Positions 1-12,327 of a stretch of DNA of 64,000 bases are shown here, in pieces. The first letter of the stretch is position 1, and the number at the start of each line of letters is the position of its first letter. The notes under the pieces were generated by a model. The model searched no databases, was not told the origin of the DNA, and saw only the letters and a list, made by a program, of their open reading frames with translations. The translations under genes and the position numbers were made by a program. This DNA comes from an uncultured beta proteobacterium (GTDB lineage Bacteria; Pseudomonadota; Gammaproteobacteria; Burkholderiales; JAEUMW01): NCBI GenBank assembly GCA_963719715.1, contig CAVRDD010000049.1, positions 147,779 through 211,778 on the forward strand, in the 5' to 3' direction.

Positions 1-340
1 AGGCGAGCACCGGGTCGAGAATGAGGGGAACGTCCGGGTAGTCCGCAACCACTTCCGCGACGGCAGTGATGATTTCGACGCTCCCCAGCACACCGATCTT
101 GAAGGCGGCGACCGGCATGTCCTCCAACACGTTGCGCGCCTGCTCGACCACCCATTCGGAATCAAGGGCAAGCATCTGGTCGACGCCTGTCGTGTCCTGC
201 ACGGTGATCGCCGTGACAACCGACAGCGGATGGCAACCCATGCTGGCGAGCGTCAGAATGTCTGCCTGCAAACCGGCACCCCCGGTGGGGTCGGTCGCGG
301 CGAACACGAGAACAATCGGAGGGGTGGGGGAGGGAAGCAT
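1..340 (-). CDS. thiD: hydroxymethylpyrimidine/phosphomethylpyrimidine kinase ThiD, N-terminal part (continues past window start)
   Basis: Reverse translation from the ATG (complement of 338-340) reads MLPSPTPPIVLVFAATDPTGGAGLQADILTLASMGCHPLSVVTAITVQDT..., a typical ThiD N-terminus. The listed + ORF 66..398 is its shadow. Confidence 0.8.
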   Translation of the reverse strand, partial: MLPSPTPPIVLVFAATDPTGGAGLQADILTLASMGCHPLSVVTAITVQDTTGVDQMLALDSEWVVEQARNVLEDMPVAAFKIGVLGSVEIITAVAEVVADYPDVPLILDPVLA

Positions 341-393
341 GGGGGGAACGTCGCGTCGTGCCGTGCGTGCGGCAGGAATCGACGAGACGATTT

Positions 394-412
394 GCTAAAA
401 TGGCATTTTAGC
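394..412. promoter_or_regulatory. AT-rich perfect palindrome GCTAAAAT-GGC-ATTTTAGC in the divergent thiD/rubredoxin promoter region
   Basis: 8-bp arms and a 3-nt spacer read directly. It places a TAAAAT -10-like hexamer on each strand (396-401 on +, 405-410 on -). The + copy is preceded by TGC, which is extended -10-like. Confidence 0.3.
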
Positions 413-429
413 CGAAAACGGAAACCCTC

Positions 430-618
430 ATGCCCTCCACGGAAGTCGCGGTTTACCGCACCTATATGTGTCTAATCTGCGGTTTCATCTACGACGAAGA
501 GAACGGGTTGCCGGAGCAGGGGATCCCGGCCGGAACGCGTTGGGAGGACGTGCCCATCAACTGGACGTGCCCGGAATGCGGTGCGCGCAAAAATGAGTTC
601 GAAATGGTGGAGATCTGA
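430..618 (+). CDS. rubredoxin
   Basis: ORF 430..618 contains [12 protein letters not shown]...[18 protein letters not shown], with two CxxC knuckles and the rubredoxin signature. The true start may be an internal Met. Confidence 0.9.
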   Translation: MPSTEVAVYRTYMCLICGFIYDEENGLPEQGIPAGTRWEDVPINWTCPECGARKNEFEMVEI

Positions 619-638
619 TCCTTTCGACGGAGGCAACG

Positions 639-1028
639 ATGCGATTCCTTCATACCATGCTGCGAGTGGGCGATCTCGACCGCTCGATCGATTTCTACAC
701 CAACGTGCTCGGCATGCGGGTGCTACGCCAAAACGACTATCCCGAGGGCGAGTTCACGCTTGCATTCGTGGGCTATGGGCCGGAGTCCGAGAACACCGTG
801 CTCGAACTCACCCATAACTGGGGCACCGCGTCCTACGACCTCGGGACGGCTTACGGTCATGTCGCCATTGAAGTCGACGATGCCTATGCGGCGTGCGCTG
901 AGGTCAAGAAGCGCGGCGGGAAAGTCACGCGGGAAGCCGGCCCGATGAAGCACGGCACGACCGTGATCGCCTTCGTCGAGGATCCCGACGGCTACAAGAT
1001 CGAGTTCATTCAGAAGAAGACGGTCTGA
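639..1028 (+). CDS. gloA: lactoylglutathione lyase (glyoxalase I)
   Basis: 129 aa, [26 protein letters not shown]...[10 protein letters not shown]. Near-textbook GloA sequence. Confidence 0.9.
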   Translation: MRFLHTMLRVGDLDRSIDFYTNVLGMRVLRQNDYPEGEFTLAFVGYGPESENTVLELTHNWGTASYDLGTAYGHVAIEVDDAYAACAEVKKRGGKVTREAGPMKHGTTVIAFVEDPDGYKIEFIQKKTV

Positions 1029-1800
1029 CGCCCAACGCCGCGGCCGCGTTCGCGATCGCCACGAACGCGTCCACCGGCAACACCTCGCCGCGCACGCCCG
1101 GATCAAGTCCGAGCCCGCGCAGGAGATCCTCGCTGACGCAGCCCATGAGCGCGTTGCGCAGCGTCTTGCGACGCTGTCCGAAAGCTCTCCTGACCACCTC
1201 CGCAAGCACTGACTCGTCGTTCACCGTCGGCGCGCGCGCGCCGAGAGGCAGCAGCCTGACCACCGCCGAGTCGACCTTGGGCGGCGGACGGAACGTGCCC
1301 GGCGGTACATGAAAGAGCAGCACCACTTCGAATCGGTACTGCAGCATGACCGACAGGCGCCCGTAGGCAGCAGTGGCCGGCACCGCAGCCATGCGCTCGA
1401 CCACCTCTTTCTGCAGCATGAGGTGCAGGTCCCGCAACGCCCCGCTCGCCGCAGCAAGGCGAAAGAGCAGCGGCGAGGAGATATTGTAGGGGAGATTGCC
1501 GACCACCCGCAGACCATCGCCGAGAGCGGTGAAGTCGAAGGCCAGCGCATCCTGCTCGCATACGGTGAGCCGATCGGCAGCGAATTCGCCACGCAGCGTC
1601 GCCACGATATCGCGATCGATCTCGACGGCCGTGAGGTGACGGCACCGATCGAGCAGCGGCCGTGTCAGCGCACCCAGTCCCGGGCCGATCTCGACCATGC
1701 GGTCGTCCCGCTGCGGATCGACAGCGTCGATGATGCGCTCGATGTAGTGTCGATCTACCAGAAAATGCTGGCCGAAACGCTTGCGTGCAGTGTGCTGCAA
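1006..1800 (-). CDS. rsmA: 16S rRNA (adenine1518/1519-N6)-dimethyltransferase
   Basis: 264 aa, [11 protein letters not shown]...[11 protein letters not shown]...[13 protein letters not shown], the KsgA motifs. It follows pdxA as in the conserved surA-pdxA-ksgA operon. Confidence 0.9.
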   Translation of the reverse strand: MQHTARKRFGQHFLVDRHYIERIIDAVDPQRDDRMVEIGPGLGALTRPLLDRCRHLTAVEIDRDIVATLRGEFAADRLTVCEQDALAFDFTALGDGLRVVGNLPYNISSPLLFRLAAASGALRDLHLMLQKEVVERMAAVPATAAYGRLSVMLQYRFEVVLLFHVPPGTFRPPPKVDSAVVRLLPLGARAPTVNDESVLAEVVRRAFGQRRKTLRNALMGCVSEDLLRGLGLDPGVRGEVLPVDAFVAIANAAAALGVRPSSSE

Positions 1801-1831
1801 AGGGCTTGTGATGGGCTCGTTGGCGTACCGC

Positions 1832-2855
1832 TCAAGCGTTCGCGGCGGCGCCCATGGCGCGCTCCCGCTGCACCAGTTCGATCGCGAGTTCGATGGCGGC
1901 GATCAGGCTGCCAGGGTCGACGTCGCCAGTCCCCGCCCGCTCCAGGGCCGTACCGTGATCGACCGAAGTACGGATGAAGGGCAGTCCGAGCGTCACGTTG
2001 ACACCTCGACCGAAGCTTGCATACTTGAGCACGGGCAGTCCCTGGTCGTGATACATCGCCAGCACGCAGTCGGCATCGGCAAGGCGAGCTGGGTGGAACA
2101 GCGTGTCCGCGGGCAGCGGTCCCTCCAGGCGAAAACCCTCGGCGCGCAGTGCATCCAGCACAGGACCCACGACTTCGATCTCTTCGCGCCCGAGATGGCC
2201 ACCTTCGCCGGCATGCGGATTGAGGCCGGCGACGAGGATGCGCGGACTGGCGATGCCGAAGCGTCGCACGAGGTCGTCGCGCAGAATGCGCAGCGTCGCC
2301 GTGAGCGATTCGCCGGTGATGGCTGCCGGCACCTGACTCAGCGGCAGATGGGTCGTCGCGAGCGCCACGCGCAAGCCGGTCTCCCACGAGCATCATCACC
2401 ACCCGCGCCACACCTGCCCGCTCGGCCAGGAACTCGGTGTGGCCGGTGAAGGCAATGCCAGCCTCGTTGATCACGCCCTTGTGCACGGGAGCGGTGACAA
2501 CGGCATCGTAGCGTCCGCTGCTGCAGCCAGCGACCGCATGTTCGAGCGTCGCCAGCACCGAACGGGCATTGCGCGGGTCGAGCTTGCCGGCCTGCGCAGT
2601 GAATGCGAGTGGCACGTCTTCGAGCGCCCAGTCCGCTGCCTCGCCTGCGGCGCCGAGCCGTAGCGGCAATTGCAGCTGCGCGGCGCGCGACGCGAGCACA
2701 CCGCGGTCGCCGATCACTACCACGCGCCCGCCGAAACGGCGTTGGGCAGCCATGGCAACGATGTCGGGGCCAATCCCCGCCGGCTCACCGAGGGTCAGTG
2801 CGATGACGGGCGGCGCGAGGCTCGCACCGGCGCCTTGCCCACCCGCTGTGGCCAT
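1832..2855 (-). pseudogene. pdxA: 4-hydroxythreonine-4-phosphate dehydrogenase PdxA, one frameshift near 2375-2390
   Basis: The N-terminal half (LTLGEPAGIGPDI...[21 protein letters not shown]) is in the frame of ORF 1755..2978. The C-terminal half ([15 protein letters not shown]...[10 protein letters not shown]...) is ORF 1832..2374. The span length is not a multiple of 3. Confidence 0.85.
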
Positions 2856-2871
2856 CACGTTGTGAACCGAC

Positions 2872-4218
2872 TCAGCGGTCCTCGAAGCGATACTCGACGT
2901 AAGCGCGATCGCGCAACTGTCGCACCCACTCCTGATAGGCCTCCTCACCCTTGCGCTGGCGCAGCGCCTGCTTGGCAACCAGACGCTGGCGCTCCTTCGA
3001 CATGTCCTCGGTGCGGCGCTCCTGCACCTGAATCAGGTGAAAGCCGAAGGGCGACTGGATCGGCTCGCTGACCTGATCGATCTGCAGGGCGTTCATGGCC
3101 CGCTCGAAATCGGGCACGGTGTCCCCCGGCGAGATCCAGCCCAGCTCACCACCGCGCGAAGCACTCCCGTCCTCCGAGTGCAGGCGTGCCATCTCGGCGA
3201 AATCCGCACCGTTGTCTATCCGCTCCTTGAGCTTGACGAGTCGATCGCGCGCATCGCGCTGCGACACGAGCTCGTTGGTCTTCACGAGGATATGACGGAC
3301 GCGGGACTGCTGGATCATGACCGGTCCCCCGGCGCTGCGCCGGTCGACCAGCTTGACGATGTGAAAGCCGTTGGGGCTGCGCAGCACCGGGCTCAGGTCC
3401 CCCGGATTCATCGACTGCACCATCTCGACGAAGATCGCCGGCAGACGTGCTGGCGCGCGCCAGCCGAGCGACCCGCCCTGCAAAGCGTCAGGCGCGTCGG
3501 AGAAGCTGGCCGCAATCTGGGCAAACGAAGCGCCAGCGCGCAGCTGCGTGAGGGCATCTTCGGCGCGCGCGCGCTGCTTCTGCAGTTGCTCCGGACTCGC
3601 CTGCTCGGGCACCAGTATGAGGATATGGGAGATGTTGTACTCATCGCCCTTGCCGAGTTGCGCGTCGGCGGTGCTCAGGAAATTGTCGATCTCGCTGTCG
3701 CTCACGACCAGCTTCGAGTCGACCTCGCGCTCCTTCAGACGGGCGAGCAGGATCTCGCTGCGGATCTCTTCGCGGAACTGGTTGAAAGCGATGCCCTCAC
3801 GCTCTAGCGTGTCGCGGAACTGCTGCAGGGTCAGGCCGCTGTCCTGTGCGATGCGCGAGAGCGCACGCTCTAGCTGGACGTCGTCGACGCGGATGCCGGT
3901 TTCCCTGGCGTACTGCAGTTGCACCCGATCGTTGATCATGCGCTCGAGCAGTTGCTTCTCGAGCACGTCCTTCGGCGGCAGCGGTGTTCCCTGTTGCCCA
4001 AGTTGCCGGATGACGAGGCCGTAGCGCTCCTCCAGCTCGCGCTCGGTGATCACCTCGTCGTTCACCACCGCAACGATGCGATCCAGCGTGAGCACGCGCC
4101 GGCCGGGTTTGTCTTCAGTCGCCGCGGCAGCGGCATTGACTGCCAGAACCGCGCAGAGCAGCAGTAACACGCCGTGGAAATGCCAGCGGACGGCGCCGCC
4201 GCAGAATCGATCGTTCAT
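2872..4218 (-). CDS. surA: periplasmic chaperone / peptidyl-prolyl isomerase SurA
   Basis: 448 aa, with a signal peptide and two parvulin-like segments (HILV...GGSLGW, HILVK...GGELGW). Located between lptD and pdxA. Confidence 0.85.
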   Translation of the reverse strand: MNDRFCGGAVRWHFHGVLLLLCAVLAVNAAAAATEDKPGRRVLTLDRIVAVVNDEVITERELEERYGLVIRQLGQQGTPLPPKDVLEKQLLERMINDRVQLQYARETGIRVDDVQLERALSRIAQDSGLTLQQFRDTLEREGIAFNQFREEIRSEILLARLKEREVDSKLVVSDSEIDNFLSTADAQLGKGDEYNISHILILVPEQASPEQLQKQRARAEDALTQLRAGASFAQIAASFSDAPDALQGGSLGWRAPARLPAIFVEMVQSMNPGDLSPVLRSPNGFHIVKLVDRRSAGGPVMIQQSRVRHILVKTNELVSQRDARDRLVKLKERIDNGADFAEMARLHSEDGSASRGGELGWISPGDTVPDFERAMNALQIDQVSEPIQSPFGFHLIQVQERRTEDMSKERQRLVAKQALRQRKGEEAYQEWVRQLRDRAYVEYRFEDR

Positions 4219-4222
4219 GGCC

Positions 4223-6532
4223 TCACTGTGCGAGGTAATACTGATCCTGGAACGTCGTCGCTGCTCTGCCGCGAGAGTACCCCGGGATGTAGCGATTCAG
4301 GATGTTGAAGAAGGACGAGCCGACGGCGGAGACGCCCGTCAGTTCAAACTGAGCAAAGAAGAGCGTATTGGAAGTCGTCGCACTGGTAACGAACCGTTGC
4401 GCCACCGCGCGAAATGCCCAGCACGCGGTAGTGTACTCAAAGCCGGCAATCCCTTCCAGGAGACCGCCTCCCGCAATCGAGTAATTGACCCGTGTCAGGG
4501 CCGTCAGGTTCGAGGTGAACGGCCACTGCGCGGAGAACTCGATCTGGCTGGTTTCCTGATTCGACGCCGTGCCCAGGCCGGGTTGCGGCTGGATATAGCG
4601 GTATCCGACATTGAGCACCCGTCCGGGCGCGGGCTGATAGCGGACGTTCGTGTAGGCACGCGCGGTCGAGGTCGTCGTGGGGCTGTATTCCCACGAGATG
4701 TCGCCGCTCCAGTAGGGATTGATGCGCCCCGAGAGCAGCGCTAGAAAGTTCGAGGCGTTGGTGCTGCTCGCCGGCACACCGGGCAGCGTGACCTCCTGGC
4801 GCGAGAAATAGTAGCGATTGCCGACCGACGCCCGCAGGATTTCGCTGCCGTCCTTGGGGTCGAGCAGGCGTGAGCTCACCGCTGCCGTGAGCTGGTTCGC
4901 GTTGTTGATCCGGTCGCCACCGGCGAACTGGTTCTCGGAGAAAAGCTGCGCGAAATTGTAGGTCGCGAGCGCCGTATCGAACACCGGATACTTGTTCTGT
5001 TCGGTGTTGGTCGGAATGTACAGGTAATAGAGACGCGGCTCCAAAGTCTGGATGACTTCGCGGTCCTCAAAGGGAAACACGGTGTCGCGCTCGAAGATCA
5101 GACCGCTGTCGACGCTGGCGATGGGCAGCGTCCGGTTCACAGACTCTTGGTTCGTCTGCTCGGGATTGATGCTGAACGCAGGCTGGTTGAGTGAATACTG
5201 CGTGAAGTTGACGCCGATCTTCGGCGTCAGGAACGCGTACGAGTTCTGCAGCGGCAAAGACACGCTCGGGTAGATGATGAAGCGCGAGCCCTCGATCTGA
5301 TTGGTCAGGGTCGAGCCGAAATAGTTGAAGCTGCCGATCACATTGGCGTCGGCGCCGGACACGGCATCCAGCTCGGTCCCGCTGAAGACGATCTGCGGGA
5401 GCTGGCGATACGGCGGTACGACGGGCGCGCCGGGGTCCTGCAGCGTCTGCCACGTCTGCATCCGTCCGAGCACGCTCCACCAGCCGGACGCGTAACGCAC
5501 CCATCCCTCGGAGGGAAGGTTGACGATGGAGGTCAGGCCGACACGGCTGGACAGATCGCGGAAATACGTGTTGTCCGAGACACGCTGCAGAAGCATGAAG
5601 CCCGTCCACTCCGGCGAGAAAGACTGACTGTGGCGCCAGGAGTAGGCCCAGCGGTCGGTGCCGAGCTTATCGTCGTTGGGCATGTATTCGCCCCGCGCCG
5701 TGCCCTGGAACTTCGGATCCATGTAGCGGACCTCGTTGCCGAGTTGGATTCCACGCTCCGACATATAGCGCGGAAAGAACGTGTAGTCGATGTTCGGTGC
5801 GATATTCCAGTAGTACGGAACAGTCACCTCGAAGCCGCTGCTCTGGCTGGTGCCCCAGATCGGCGTCAGGAATCCGCTCTTGCGATCGCCGGTCAGGGGG
5901 AATTCGATGTAGGGCGTGTAGGCGAGCGGCGTGCCCTTGAAGTAGAACGTCGCGTTGCGCGCAACCCCGATCTCCGCATCTCGATCCAGCGAGAGGGTGC
6001 CGCTTTCGAACACCCAGTCCTGGGAGCTCGGTCCACAGGTCGTGTAGTTCGCGTTCTCGAACTTGAAGAGCCCCGGCCCCTCGAGATCGAGTCGTGTACC
6101 CTCACCGTAGCCGCCCGTCTGCCCGATGCGATAGCGCGGATCCTCGACGAAGCCGGTCTCGGAGTCGAGATTGATGCGCGCCTTGGTACCCTGCAGCACA
6201 CTGCCCCGCTGGTACAGCTTGACGTTGCCGATGGCATAGACCTCCTCGTCCGGCACGTCGTAGAGCATCCAGTCCGAGAAAACGACCTGGCCGCGCCGAC
6301 GCAGCTTGACGTCGCCCTCGAGCTCGACGTTCTGCTCCGGGTTGCCCTCGATGCGGTCGGCTTCGACGTATACCGGTAGCGGCACCTCGCCAGGCGGGGT
6401 GTAGGGTCGCAGGGTCGCCTCCGGCTGCAGCTTGAGGCCGATCAGCGTCCCCGCGGGCTCGTCCGCCTGCGCAACAGGCGCGAGCGCAGCGAGCGCGGCA
6501 AGGCCGAGTAGCCTTAAGCGGGGAACGCACAT
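4223..6532 (-). CDS. lptD: LPS-assembly outer-membrane protein LptD
   Basis: Start placed at MCVPRLRLLGLAALAALAPVAQA (signal peptide), ATG complement of 6530-6532. The long beta-barrel-like sequence ends ...YYLAQ. The 5' extension of ORF 4223..7195 overlaps the opposite-strand gene and is rejected. Confidence 0.85.
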   Translation of the reverse strand: MCVPRLRLLGLAALAALAPVAQADEPAGTLIGLKLQPEATLRPYTPPGEVPLPVYVEADRIEGNPEQNVELEGDVKLRRRGQVVFSDWMLYDVPDEEVYAIGNVKLYQRGSVLQGTKARINLDSETGFVEDPRYRIGQTGGYGEGTRLDLEGPGLFKFENANYTTCGPSSQDWVFESGTLSLDRDAEIGVARNATFYFKGTPLAYTPYIEFPLTGDRKSGFLTPIWGTSQSSGFEVTVPYYWNIAPNIDYTFFPRYMSERGIQLGNEVRYMDPKFQGTARGEYMPNDDKLGTDRWAYSWRHSQSFSPEWTGFMLLQRVSDNTYFRDLSSRVGLTSIVNLPSEGWVRYASGWWSVLGRMQTWQTLQDPGAPVVPPYRQLPQIVFSGTELDAVSGADANVIGSFNYFGSTLTNQIEGSRFIIYPSVSLPLQNSYAFLTPKIGVNFTQYSLNQPAFSINPEQTNQESVNRTLPIASVDSGLIFERDTVFPFEDREVIQTLEPRLYYLYIPTNTEQNKYPVFDTALATYNFAQLFSENQFAGGDRINNANQLTAAVSSRLLDPKDGSEILRASVGNRYYFSRQEVTLPGVPASSTNASNFLALLSGRINPYWSGDISWEYSPTTTSTARAYTNVRYQPAPGRVLNVGYRYIQPQPGLGTASNQETSQIEFSAQWPFTSNLTALTRVNYSIAGGGLLEGIAGFEYTTACWAFRAVAQRFVTSATTSNTLFFAQFELTGVSAVGSSFFNILNRYIPGYSRGRAATTFQDQYYLAQ

Positions 6533-6604
6533 CTTGGGAGGCGGGGCGAAGCGGGTGATAAAATCGCACAATTCACTTGCAACGGCAACCGAATCGCCTG
6601 TGGC

Positions 6605-8340
<1,736 letters not shown>

Positions 8341-8408
8341 CGCCGCGGCGCCGGAATCCTTCCCGCCAGGCCCGGTCGAATCGATGTCCGCGCTCAGAGC
8401 CGATCAAC

Positions 8409-9762
8409 ATGCCGAACATTTCAGCTTATCAGAATCGACGTACCCGAGCTTGCGCAGGGCATGGAGCAGGGGGTCGCCGTGATTCCCACGGCGCCGGAGC
8501 GCATCCGCAACCGCGACTCGCATTACCCGTTCCGGTTCGACAGCTATTTCCACTACCTGACCGGCTTTCCGCGAGCCGGAAGCGGTGCTGGTGGTCGTCG
8601 CCGGCGACCCGCCCCGCGCTCGCTGCTTTTCTGCCGCGAGAAGGATGCGGAGCGCGAGATCTGGGACGGCTTTCGCTACGGCCCCGAAGCAGCGCGCGAG
8701 CGCTTCGGCGTCGACGAGGCGCACCCGATCGCGGAACTGGATGAGCTGGCTGCCGGCGCTGCTCGAGAACCAGTCCGCCGTCTTCTGCGCCTTCGGCGCC
8801 GATCCGGCCTGGGACGCTCGCATCGCCGGCTGGCTGAACGCAGGTGCGCGAGCGCGCTCGCAGCGGGCGTCTCGGCGCCGACCGAGATCCACGACGTGCG
8901 CACGCTTGCTCGACGAAATGCGGCTGCTCAAGGATGCGGACGAACTGGCGCTGATGCGGCGGCCGCCGGACATCGCCGCGAGCCGCACACGTGCGCGCCA
9001 TGCGGCAGCACGCGGCCGGGCATGCGCGAGAACGAGATCGAGGCGGAGTTCCTGCACGAGTTCCGCCGGCAGGGCGCGCAGGCGCCGTCGTACACGCCGA
9101 TCGTGGCGGCAGGCGCCAACGCCTGCGTGCTGCATTACGTCCAGAACGACGCGCTCGTGCGCGACGGCGATCTGCTGCTGATCGACGCCGGCTGCGAGGT
9201 CGACGGCTACGCGTCCGACATCACGCGCACATTCCCCGTCAACGGCCGCTTCAGCGCGGCGCAGCGCGAAGTCTACGAACTGGTGCTGGCGGCGCAGCGT
9301 ACCGCGATCGACACGGTGCGGCCCGGTGCGACGTGGGACGCGCCGCACGAGGCGGCGGTGCGCGTGCTGGCGCAGGGATTTCATCGATCTCGGCCTTGTC
9401 CGCGGCACGCTCGACCAGGTGCTGGAGAACGGCGACTACAAGCGCTTCTACATGCACCGCACCGGCCACTGGCTCGGCCTCGACGTGCACGACGCTGGCG
9501 ACTACAAGCGCGACGGCCAGTGGCGCCCGCTCGAGCCGGGCATGGTGCTGACCGTCGAGCCCGGGTGTTACATCCGGCCGGCGGACGACGTGCCGGAGCG
9601 CTTCTGGAACATCGGCGTGCGCATCGAAGACGACGTCGTGGTCACCGACACCGGCTGCGAAATACTGACGGTGGCGCACCGAAACAGGTGGACGAGATCG
9701 AAGCCCTGATGGCACGATGCGCGCGCGCATGCGTCCGCTGCCTGAACACGCCGCGCTCGTGA
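8409..9762 (+). pseudogene. pepP: Xaa-Pro aminopeptidase PepP, multiple frameshifts
   Basis: MPNISAYQNRR..., then [71 protein letters not shown] and [15 protein letters not shown]...[10 protein letters not shown], spread over three frames. The first shift is at the CCC run at 8443-8445. Confidence 0.8.
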
Positions 9763-10890
9763 TCGTCGGCGGCGGCCCGGTCGGCGCAGCGCTCGCGCTG
9801 GGACTGCGCGGCAGCGGCATCGAGCCGCTCCTGCTGGAAGCGAATCCGGCACCTAGCGCCGACGACGATGTCCGTTTCATGGCTCTCTCCTTCGGCAGTC
9901 GGCTGATTCTCGAACGGCTCGGGGTGTGGGGACAGATCGAGCCGTGCTCGACGCCGATCCGCTCGATCGAAGTGAGCCAGCGCGGCGGCTTCGGCTCGAC
10001 GGAACTCGACGCCAGCGAAGTCGGCCTGCCTGCGCTCGGCCACGTCGTGCGCTATCGCGACCTGGCGCGCGTACTGACTCAAGCGGCACGCGGCGTGCGC
10101 CACGATTGCGCGCGGCATACGCGTCACCGACCTGAAATCCCTCGGTGACTTCGCCGTGATCGAATGTGCAGGCGGCGACGGCCTGCACTCGATCTCGACA
10201 CCGCTCGTGGCCCTGGCAGACGGCGGACGTTCGCTTGCTGCGCAAGGCAGCCCGCGCGTGCGCGACTACCAGCAGTGGGCCGTCGTGGCGTGGGCGCGTG
10301 CCCGCGACGGTCACCACCACCGTGCGTACGAACGTTTCACAGTGTCGGGCCCCGCCGCGCTGCTGCCGGCCGCAGATGGCTACTCCATTGTGCTTACGAC
10401 ATCCGAAGAAGCGGCCGAGACGCTCTGCCGCGCCACCGACGATGCGTTCCTCGCGCACTTGCAGACGACATTCGGCGAGCGCGCCGACGGCCTCGGCGAC
10501 TGTTCGCCGCGAGCGCGCTTCCCGCTGTTTCTGCGCTACGCCGAGTCGGTCACCATCGCGCACGCAGCACTGATCGGCAATGCGGCGCAGACCCTGCATC
10601 CGGTGGCCGGCCAGGGCTTCAATCTCGGACTGCGGGACGCGTGGACGCTCGCCGGCATCGTGCGCGACACGCCGCGCGCCGTGCTCGGCAACCGCGACAT
10701 GCTGATGCGCTATCGGCGCGAACGCGCGCGCGATCGCACCGCCGGCATCCTGCTCACCGACTCACTCGTGCAACTCTTCTCCAACAATCGCGGCTGGCTG
10801 CGCGCGGCGCGTGGGCTCGGCCTGACGATGCTCGACTTATCAGGCGCACCGAAGCGCTTTCTCATGCGACGCATGATGTTCGGTTCGTAA
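9717..10890 (+). pseudogene. ubiH: FAD-dependent ubiquinone-biosynthesis hydroxylase (UbiH/VisC family), one frameshift near 10090-10150
   Basis: ALVIVGGGPVGAALAL is the FAD-binding GxGxxG motif, in ORF 9717..10148. LIGNAAQTLHPVAGQGFNLGLRD is in ORF 10156..10890. The two ORFs are in different frames. Confidence 0.7.
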
Positions 10891-10939
10891 CATCCTGCGC
10901 CGTCGCGGCACGCATCACTTCTCGCTCCACACGCACACG

Positions 10940-10958
10940 TTGCTGAAATTTTCAGCAA
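10940..10958. promoter_or_regulatory. 19-bp perfect palindrome TTGCTGAAA-T-TTTCAGCAA upstream of dusB-fis (Fis-like operator candidate overlapping a putative promoter)
   Basis: Read directly. The core GCTGAAATTTTCAGC has G and C 15 bp apart with an A/T centre, like the degenerate Fis consensus. TTGCTG (10940-10945) with an 18-nt spacer and TATGTT (10964-10969) resembles a sigma70 promoter. Confidence 0.3.
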
Positions 10959-11031
10959 AGCGCTATGTTTTCGGCGCGCGATTGTGATTACAATTTGCGT
11001 CTCCTCCGCAGAACATTCCAGACTCGGCAGC

Positions 11032-12041
11032 ATGCAGATCGGACGCTACGTTATTCACGGCGGGCTCGTCGTCGCGCCCATGGCAGGCGTCACCGATCGC
11101 GCCTTCAGGCGGCTCTGCCGCGATCTTGGTGCCGGCCTCGCCGTCTCCGAAATGGTAAGCGCGAACCCAGCGTTGCAGTCCTCGGCGAAGACACGCCGGC
11201 GGCTCGATCACGCCGGTGAGCCGGGGCCGATCGCGGTGCAGATCGTCGGTGGCGACCCGCAGCAACTGGCAACGGCCGCTCGCGTGAACGTCGACGACGG
11301 CGCGCAGATCATCGACATCAACATGGGCTGCCCGGCGAAGAAGGTGTGCAACGTACGCGCAGGCTCCGCGCTGCTTGACGACGAAGCGCTGGTGGCGCGG
11401 ATTCTCGCGCGCGTGGTCGGCGCCGTCGACGTGCCGGTGACGCTCAAGCTTCGCACCGGCCCCGACGCGACGAACCGTAACGCGGTGCGCGTGGCGAGGA
11501 TCGCCGAGGACTCAGGCGTGCAGGCGCTCGCGATCCACGGCCGCACCCGCGCGTGTGGTTTCAGCGGACACGCCGAGTACGACACGATTGCCGCAGTGAA
11601 GGCGGAAGTCGGCATTCCGGTGATTGCCAACGGCGACATCGATTCGCCGGAGACGGCGCAGGCGGTGCTCGAACGCACGCGCGCCGATGGCGTGATGATC
11701 GGGCGTGCGGCGCAGGGCCGGCCGTGGCTCTTCCGCGAGATTCGTCACTTTCTCGAGCATGGCCGGCGCGCACCGGCGCCAGCAGCAGCGCGAGATCCGG
11801 GCAGTGCTGTGCCGCCACCTGCGGGAGCTCTATGACATGTATGGCGAGGACCTGGGCGTTCGCATCGCGCGCAAGCACGTCGGCTGGTACGTGCGCAGCC
11901 TCAGTGGGGCGGACGGCTTTCGCGCGCGCTTCAATACGCTGCTGAGACGCTGCCAACCAGCTCGCGGAGCTCGATGCCTTCCTCGCCGAGACGGTCGATG
12001 TCCGCGCGGACCCGGACCGTCTCGAAGCACGGGCAGCGTAA
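11032..12041 (+). pseudogene. dusB: tRNA-dihydrouridine synthase B, about 2 frameshifts near the 3' end
   Basis: MQIGRY...APMAGVTDRAFRRLC...IDINMGCPAKKV...AIHGRTRAC is in ORF 10984. The protein continues EIRAVLCRHLRELYDMYGEDLGVRIARKHVGWY in ORF 11705, with the last ~30 codons in a third frame ending TAA at 12039-12041, which overlaps the fis ATG. Confidence 0.8.
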
Positions 12042-12274
12042 TGAAAGAAAATGAAGTCGAGCGCTGCATCCGGCGCGCGATCGATGGCTACTTCCGCGAT
12101 CTGGACGGCGAGGAGCCGAGCGCCATCTACGACATGGTGATCGGCTGCGTGGAAAAGCCGCTGCTCGAGATCGTGCTCGACAAGGCCCAGGGCAATCAGA
12201 CGCGCGCCGCCGAGATGCTCGGACTCAACCGCAACACGCTGCGCAAGAAGATGAAGCAGCACGGATTCAAGTAG
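12041..12274 (+). CDS. fis: Fis-family DNA-binding protein
   Basis: 77 aa ending [24 protein letters not shown], the Fis helix-turn-helix. Classical dusB-fis arrangement. Confidence 0.85.
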   Translation: MKENEVERCIRRAIDGYFRDLDGEEPSAIYDMVIGCVEKPLLEIVLDKAQGNQTRAAEMLGLNRNTLRKKMKQHGFK

Positions 12275-12327
12275 GCCGTCCGGCGAACCCCGGCGACCGC
12301 CCGCTCAACGCATCTCGCCAATCACTC

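Noticed and set aside
341-429. A possible TPP riboswitch in the thiD leader, and likewise a SAM-type riboswitch upstream of metY (28717-28823).
   Set aside because: I could not find the conserved TPP-element core (CUGAGA ... ACCUGAUCUGGAUAAUGCCAGCG-like) or any recognisable SAM-element pseudoknot. The leaders are short.
1006-1028. A 23-bp convergent overlap of the gloA and rsmA 3' ends.
   Set aside because: Short convergent overlaps are common in compact GC-rich genomes. Both proteins end at plausible positions, so nothing further is implied.
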